Shown: positions 17,766 to 22,875 of the stretch, piece after piece
Layout of the letters: the number at the start of each line of letters is the position of its first letter
Numbering within the stretch: position 1 is the stretch's first letter
Assembly: GCA_051439425.1 (NCBI GenBank)
Contig: JBFRWD010000179.1
Span: forward strand, 1 to 22,875
Length of the DNA: 22,875 nucleotides
DNA from: Synechococcus sp.
Lineage (GTDB): Bacteria > Cyanobacteriota > Cyanobacteriia > Thermostichales > PCC-7336
Direction of reading: 5' to 3'
Translations under genes and position numbers: made by a program
The notes under the pieces: generated by a model
The model's input: only the letters and a program-made list of their open reading frames with translations
Databases searched by the model: none
Told to the model about the DNA's origin: nothing

Positions 17766-18641
17766 ATGGCTACCCTCAGTCAGCGGCGTATAGAGAATGT
17801 TGCGGGTGATTTCTATGTCGATCGCACCTGTATCGATTGCGATACCTGTCGTTGGATGGCTCCAGCAGTCTTTAATCGCGAAGGCTCGATGTCTGCGGTT
17901 TATCATCAACCGGATGGAGAGGTCGAGCGAATAGCGGCTCTCCAAGCTCTGCTGTCGTGCCCGACCGCATCGATCGGCACCGTGGAGAAACCTGCCGATA
18001 TCCCGTTGGTGCATCAGAGTTTCCCCATCGAGATCGCAGATGGTGTCTATCATTGCGGCTACCACTCTGAGCAGTCGTATGGGGCAGCCAGCTACTTCAT
18101 CGTGCGTCCCGAAGGGAATATCTTGGTGGATTCTCCTCGGTTTACACCACCGCTTGTCAGGAGATTCGAAGCGCTGGGGGGAATTCGCTATCTGTATCTC
18201 ACCCATCGAGATGACGTCGCCGACCACCAGAAGTTTCGAGACCGCTTCGGCTGCGATCGAATCCTGCACGCGGACGACATTGCAGAATCCACCCAGTCAG
18301 TGGAAATTCAACTGAACGGTTTGAAACCCTACCAGTTAGCAGAGGACGTGTCGATTATTCCCGTGCCCGGACACACCAAGGGACATACGGTGCTGCTTTA
18401 CAAGCAAAAATTTTTGTTCACTGGCGATCATCTGGCATTTTCAGCTCGGTTGGGCCACCTGACCGGATTTCGAAATTTTTGCTGGTATTCGTGGCCGGAA
18501 CAGGTGCGATCGATGGAAGGATTGGCCCGCTATAGTTTCGAATGGATTTTGCCGGGGCACGGACGACGCTTTTATTCCGAACCAGCAGAGATGCGTCAAC
18601 ACTTACAAGATTGCATTACTTGGATGAAATCAGTGGCCTAA
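17766..18641 (+). CDS. Ferredoxin-fused MBL-fold metallo-hydrolase
   Basis: N-terminal CIDCDTC...CP Fe-S motif, followed by LTHRDDVADH, PGHTKG, FTGDH and LPGHG. Confidence 0.88.
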   Translation: MATLSQRRIENVAGDFYVDRTCIDCDTCRWMAPAVFNREGSMSAVYHQPDGEVERIAALQALLSCPTASIGTVEKPADIPLVHQSFPIEIADGVYHCGYHSEQSYGAASYFIVRPEGNILVDSPRFTPPLVRRFEALGGIRYLYLTHRDDVADHQKFRDRFGCDRILHADDIAESTQSVEIQLNGLKPYQLAEDVSIIPVPGHTKGHTVLLYKQKFLFTGDHLAFSARLGHLTGFRNFCWYSWPEQVRSMEGLARYSFEWILPGHGRRFYSEPAEMRQHLQDCITWMKSVA

Positions 18642-18828
18642 TACTGAGCCAGGAATCCTAGACATACCAGAAATGCCAACCCACTGATTTTCTCTTCAAC
18701 TGCCCCCAGAGTTGGCTGTCGCCATATAAAGTGGTTCGTGCGGTAGCGTCTGCGCCCTGTATTCGACTGCTGAGTTTCGAATTCAATGGGAGCTGAGGTT
18801 GCTTGATTGTTGAGGATAGGTCTCGTCG

Positions 18829-19293
18829 ATGGCCAAAAAGTTGCTGTTTGTCTGCTTGGGGAATATTTGCCGATCGCCTACAGCCGAAGGCGTGATGCGT
18901 CATTTGGTGTCGGAGGCTGGACTCGCTGACAAGATTACTTGTGACTCGGCAGGAACATCGGCCTACCATATCGGAGAGCCGCCAGATCGACGGATGCAAC
19001 AGGCGTCATCGGCACAGGGAATTCCACTGGGCGGTCGGGCTCGCCAGTTCGAGCAATCGGACTTTGAAGACTTCGATCTAATCCTGGCCATGGATCGGGA
19101 CAACCACCGCAATATCATTCGCCTTGACCCCAATGGCACCTACGCCGACAAAGTCAAGATGATGTGTTCCTACTGCACCGACCACAGTGACAGTGAAGTG
19201 CCCGATCCCTACTACGGTGGTGCAGATGGATTTCGTTATGTAGTCGATCTCCTCAAGGATGCCTGTTCGGGGTTGCTGTCCGAGCTATCTTAA
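18829..19293 (+). CDS. Low molecular weight protein-tyrosine phosphatase
   Basis: FVCLGNICRSP P-loop, DSAGT..YH.G..PD.R, ILAMD and VPDPYYG. Confidence 0.95.
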   Translation: MAKKLLFVCLGNICRSPTAEGVMRHLVSEAGLADKITCDSAGTSAYHIGEPPDRRMQQASSAQGIPLGGRARQFEQSDFEDFDLILAMDRDNHRNIIRLDPNGTYADKVKMMCSYCTDHSDSEVPDPYYGGADGFRYVVDLLKDACSGLLSELS

Positions 19294-19496
19294 GGGTCAT
19301 AAACCTTATTGGCCGATTGTTCACTCGGCTTAGATATTAATTGCTCACAAACAATCCTTGAGATGGACTGAATAGTAAGGTCAGAAAACGCTGAGGAAGC
19401 ACGACAATTGCGATCGCAACTCCCGAGGGTAAATCGAAGTGGACGCTCAGGTACATCCCCCCTACGCCCACTGCTACGCATTGGGGACTGCGTAGG

Positions 19497-19542
19497 AATT
19501 TCTCGTCCCAACGTTAAGGCTTAAGTCTGTTGGGACGAAATT
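19497..19542. other. Strong intergenic inverted repeat / hairpin
   Basis: TCGTCCCAAC (19503-19512) and GTTGGGACGA (19529-19538) form a perfect 10-bp stem. It is extended by flanking AATT pairs and an apical AGGC-ttaa-GTCT helix. Confidence 0.75.
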
Positions 19543-19814
19543 GAGAGGGTCATTCCCCTTAGGACTTTTTCTACTCTGACTGCACAGTTGCATTTCTGTA
19601 TTTGTTTCGGCAACGAATGATGCACGCACTTGCTTGCAAGCCCCAAGTTTCCATGCCATCACAGCAGCGATCGAGGGGAACAGTAAAACATAATTAACGG
19701 TGCTCCTCGTGGCTTCAGACTGCTTGTGAACGCTGGAATAGGCCGCAAGTTTGGCCGTCGCTCAACTTCCCCATGAGATAGAGATGTCTAGAACTTACGT
19801 ATGGTAGTGGACTT

Positions 19815-20399
19815 GTGACGCCAAATCTGGAACCTCTCAGGCCCGACCTGTTTATCGTCAGAGGGTTATTGGACTCAACACTCTGCCAACAGGTGATTGA
19901 CGTTACCGAATGCACCCGCCCCCAAATAGCAGGTATTGAGGTCGGAGTGACAAACGCAGATATTCGCAGCAGCGATATGCTATCCCTGGACTCAGCCGAT
20001 CCTCTACTGCAATCCACCAATCAGTTATTACTCGATAAGGTAGGGGTCATTCAAAAACTCTTGCTGGACTACTACGGAGCAACATTTCCCCATTGCGAAC
20101 CTTGCTCGGTTTTACGCTATCGAAAGGGACAGTTTTATCGACGCCATATCGATAATTGGCTGTTATCCAGTCGGTTGGAGGAAGCCGAACGAGGTGTTCC
20201 CACCCGAGATGTCAGCATTGTTGGTTACCTAAACGATGAATTTGAAGGCGGAGAAACCTACTTCGATCGTCAATCGCTAACAGTGAAGCCCGAGCAAGGT
20301 ACGGTCTTGGTATTTCCCTCATACTTCACATATCCTCATCAAGCCCTGCCAGTAACTAAGGGGCAAAAGTATGCATTCACCACCTGGTTATTTCATTGA
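19815..20399 (+). CDS. 2OG-Fe(II) oxygenase (prolyl-4-hydroxylase-like)
   Basis: LRYRKGQFYRRHID (HxD), YLNDEFEGGETYF, KPEQG..LVFP and YPHQALPVTKGQKY. GTG start. Confidence 0.88.
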   Translation: MTPNLEPLRPDLFIVRGLLDSTLCQQVIDVTECTRPQIAGIEVGVTNADIRSSDMLSLDSADPLLQSTNQLLLDKVGVIQKLLLDYYGATFPHCEPCSVLRYRKGQFYRRHIDNWLLSSRLEEAERGVPTRDVSIVGYLNDEFEGGETYFDRQSLTVKPEQGTVLVFPSYFTYPHQALPVTKGQKYAFTTWLFH

Positions 20400-20477
20400 T
20401 GATTATTGAGGCTGGTTCCGACGCCTAACATCCAATGTCCGGGATTTTGCAGCCAGCCTAATGGATTTATTCTCCCC

Positions 20478-20795
20478 CTAGACTGCCTCGCTGTCGTCTT
20501 GGTTGTAGAGTTCAGCCAGCCCTGCCATCCCAGTAAAAAACGTATAAATACCGGCTTTGAAAGGATTCTCATCACGACTGCTGGCAATGCGAGCAGCGAT
20601 CGCCCCCTCCATGGCGTGAATGGCCATTGCTCCAGCCCCCACCCAAACCCAGACATCAAGCTTAGAAGGGAGTTGGATGTGGTTGGCAATTGCATACAGC
20701 TTCCACACCAGAAGGATTGCTGCCATCGCTATCAGCACAGCAGAAGTCAGTTTAATGACCAGCCACTGAAGGGTATTGGTGGATGCTGATGTCAT
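20478..20795 (-). CDS. Small membrane protein, cyanobacterial hypothetical (about 105 aa)
   Basis: From ATG 20795 (MTSASTN...): hydrophobic helices and the pattern IHAMEGAIAA...GIYTFFTG..GL.EL. The longer 20996 start gives an unnatural-looking extension. Confidence 0.7.
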   Translation of the reverse strand: MTSASTNTLQWLVIKLTSAVLIAMAAILLVWKLYAIANHIQLPSKLDVWVWVGAGAMAIHAMEGAIAARIASSRDENPFKAGIYTFFTGMAGLAELYNQDDSEAV

Positions 20796-21017
20796 AATTT
20801 CACTCTTTGCAGGGATTGCACGTAAGGAAAGCTCGCCGACACATGCTGTTAACGGCCATAGATTAGTATGCCAAGAGGAATGGGAAATGTTGTGCGAAAC
20901 CATTCTGGTAACGTGGGGCGTTTCTGACGCGAACGGAGGCGCTAATCCCGAAATTCCTTTTGGCCCTGGGGGCGCAATATGCAGCGCCCATCTCAAATAG
21001 TTCGAGCGATCGCCTGA

Positions 21018-22661
21018 ATGACATCAACCTCTTCCATTCCATCCACCAATATTCCGACTGCCGACGAGATCGTGTGGGGCAAACAACAGACCAAAACTAT
21101 CTCCACTGATTCGAACTTCGTTGATGCCCAAAAATCCGCTTGGTTCGGAGCATTTCGCTCTCAACTGCAAGAGTTCTCCTACGAGATTACAGATATTGAT
21201 GGTAGTTTGCCTGAAGACTTGTACGGGTCAACATTGTTTCGCAACGGCCCCAGTCGATTCGAGCGTGGCAATCAGCGGGTCAATCATTATTTGGACGGAG
21301 ATGGCTATATCTCACGGATCTCGTTTGCCAATGACGGGCGAATCTTCTTCGATTCACGATTTGTCAACACTGAAGAATACGCCCGGGAAGAGGAGCGAGA
21401 TCGGTTTTTATTTCGCACTACGTTTGGCACCCAGAAGCCCGGTGGCCGATGGGCTAACACCTTCGAAACCTATCTAAAAAATCCCGCTAATACTCATGTG
21501 GTGTCGTGGGGAAATAAGCTGCTTGCTCTGTATGAGGCAGGTTTACCCTACCAAATAGACCCTGAAACCCTTGCTACTCTCGGGCTATTGGGCAGTAATG
21601 GATTGCCTGTTGAGGAGGTAGTGCCGAAATCTCGATGGGATGCTGCAATAAGACTGGCCAGCGGCCAAGTTGCAGTCACCGCCCATCCTCGCATCGATCC
21701 AGTCCGAGATCTCCTTGTTATTTGGGATTGGCAGGTTAAGGCCCAACCCGGTCGATCTAGTACGCTGCTCATCAACATTCGCGAGTACGATCGCAACTTT
21801 AGGCTGAAGGATAGTACTCACTTCGCCATGCCGGGGTCAACGGTTAATCCCCATGATTTTGCATTAACTCCCAGTTACTATGTTTTTTTCGAAAATCGTT
21901 TAGCGTTTGATGTGCTCCCATTTTTGCTGGGCACCCGTTCCCCGGCTGACTGTCTGAGATTGCTTAAGGGTTGCCCAACACGGGTTCATTTGGTACCTCG
22001 TCCAGGAGGACTACAGTCGAATCAGTCGTCCATGGTCTTCGATACCACTGAGTGGTTTTCCATTCACCAGGCTTTTGCTTGCGATCGCTCGGATGGTGGC
22101 GTAGATGTATATAGCGCCGGTTGGCCTGCGTCTGGTTTAGATGGAGGATTCCTAACCAGTTGGGGAGGGTACGCACCCAACTTTGATGCGATCGCTCCAA
22201 CATTCTTGTGGCAGACCACTATTCACCCCCAGACGCGGTCTGTTGAGCAGCGGGTTACCCCAGGCGTAGAGAATTACTGTATCGATCACCCCTGCATTAA
22301 TCCCAACTACGAGACGAGTGCCGCCCGCTATCTCTATATGACCTACAGCAATAAGGTCGGAGAATCTTCGCCGCCAGTTGGCTACTTAAGATTGGATATT
22401 CAGTCTGGGAAGAAGCAGATTTGGGTGGGGGAATTGGAGTGTTTTGTTGAAGAGCCGGTGTTTGTGCCCGAGACTGGGGTAGCGGAGGAAGATGCTGGAT
22501 GGCTATTGGGGATTGCTTACGACCATCGACAACAGCGATCGTCGCTGTTGGTACTGGATGCTGCCAATGTCGATCGCGGGCCAATCTGTCGGTTGAGGCT
22601 GACACACCATTTGGTTCATGGCCTGCATGGGTCATGGTGCCCTAGCTACTATGGGCCTTAG
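21018..22661 (+). CDS. Carotenoid cleavage oxygenase (RPE65/ACO family)
   Basis: GSTLFRNGP, H.LDGDG, KNPANT.V, LLALYEAG.PY..DP.TL.TLG and EEPVFVP. Four Fe-binding His are present: TAHP, PHDF, IHQA and GLHGSW. Confidence 0.93.
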   Translation: MTSTSSIPSTNIPTADEIVWGKQQTKTISTDSNFVDAQKSAWFGAFRSQLQEFSYEITDIDGSLPEDLYGSTLFRNGPSRFERGNQRVNHYLDGDGYISRISFANDGRIFFDSRFVNTEEYAREEERDRFLFRTTFGTQKPGGRWANTFETYLKNPANTHVVSWGNKLLALYEAGLPYQIDPETLATLGLLGSNGLPVEEVVPKSRWDAAIRLASGQVAVTAHPRIDPVRDLLVIWDWQVKAQPGRSSTLLINIREYDRNFRLKDSTHFAMPGSTVNPHDFALTPSYYVFFENRLAFDVLPFLLGTRSPADCLRLLKGCPTRVHLVPRPGGLQSNQSSMVFDTTEWFSIHQAFACDRSDGGVDVYSAGWPASGLDGGFLTSWGGYAPNFDAIAPTFLWQTTIHPQTRSVEQRVTPGVENYCIDHPCINPNYETSAARYLYMTYSNKVGESSPPVGYLRLDIQSGKKQIWVGELECFVEEPVFVPETGVAEEDAGWLLGIAYDHRQQRSSLLVLDAANVDRGPICRLRLTHHLVHGLHGSWCPSYYGP

Positions 22662-22875
22662 CCTTGTCTTTCCACTGAGTCAGGAGAGACATACTTAGAC
22701 GGCTTTTGCCAAGCAATGTATCCCAATATCAGTAGGGCGATCGCCGAAAAAAGCCCCACGAAAATATGCAGCACCTGGTTGCCGGTGGCGATCAATCCAA
22801 TCCCAAACCCCAGGGCGACACCGTTGGACAGCAGGGGATAGAGAAACACGCGCCAATCCCGCATGGTGATGAACC
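22658..22875 (-). CDS. Membrane protein, C-terminal part (probably 5'-truncated at the window edge)
   Basis: Two hydrophobic helices. The frame stays open upstream of ATG 22864 to the window edge, and the stop overlaps the oxygenase stop convergently. Confidence 0.55.
   Translation of the reverse strand, partial: FITMRDWRVFLYPLLSNGVALGFGIGLIATGNQVLHIFVGLFSAIALLILGYIAWQKPSKYVSPDSVERQG

Larger units (their letters stand above)
944..22744. repeat. HIP1 (GCGATCGC) dispersed octamer, about 21 copies
   Basis: Copies start at about 944, 2412, 4689, 5812, 6352, 8293, 11678, 14066, 15066, 15378, 16092, 16246, 16441, 17324, 17349, 19410, 20596, 21006, 22081, 22188 and 22737 (counted by eye). Many 1-mismatch variants also occur. 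Confidence 0.92.

Noticed and set aside
19483..19498. TPP riboswitch (GGGG...GCGTAGGAA resembles its ends)
   Set aside because: The CTGAGA and AACCTGA cores are missing, the spacing is far too short, and no thiamine gene lies downstream.
19474..19662. 62-aa minus-strand ORF, and the adjacent 73-aa ORF at 19290-19511
   Set aside because: No motif or convincing RBS. They overlap the hairpin cluster, which is better explained as RNA or DNA structure.
20796..20996. N-terminal extension giving a 172-aa ORF
   Set aside because: The extension looks non-coding and would fill the divergent promoter region. ATG 20795 is preferred.

Overview
Cyanobacterial chromosomal DNA: it carries an apcABC phycobilisome operon and about 21 HIP1 GCGATCGC octamers counted by eye. 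Most of it is ordinary core genome. From left to right: a truncated GAF histidine kinase, a TerB/Mo-nitro_C-type protein, pgeF, a trkA/ktrA gene, dapF, a PRC-barrel protein, valS, a pilA-ogtA-like type IV pilin locus, rsfS/yqeK, apcABC, homoserine dehydrogenase, a catalytically degenerate dihydroorotase-like gene, two metallohydrolases, an LMW tyrosine phosphatase, a 2OG-Fe(II) oxygenase, a small membrane protein, a carotenoid cleavage oxygenase and a partial membrane protein. The first 13 bases are a Tn5/Nextera adapter remnant. I found no CRISPR array, tRNA/rRNA, transposase or phage gene, and no clear new multi-gene system. The best leads are: (i) alternating C/A- versus G/T-skewed synonymous tracts inside valS next to a HIP1-free pilin cassette; (ii) a multi-hairpin element with mutually exclusive pairings upstream of the 2OG-Fe(II) oxygenase; (iii) a structured leader before trkA. 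All family assignments come from recalled motifs, not database searches.
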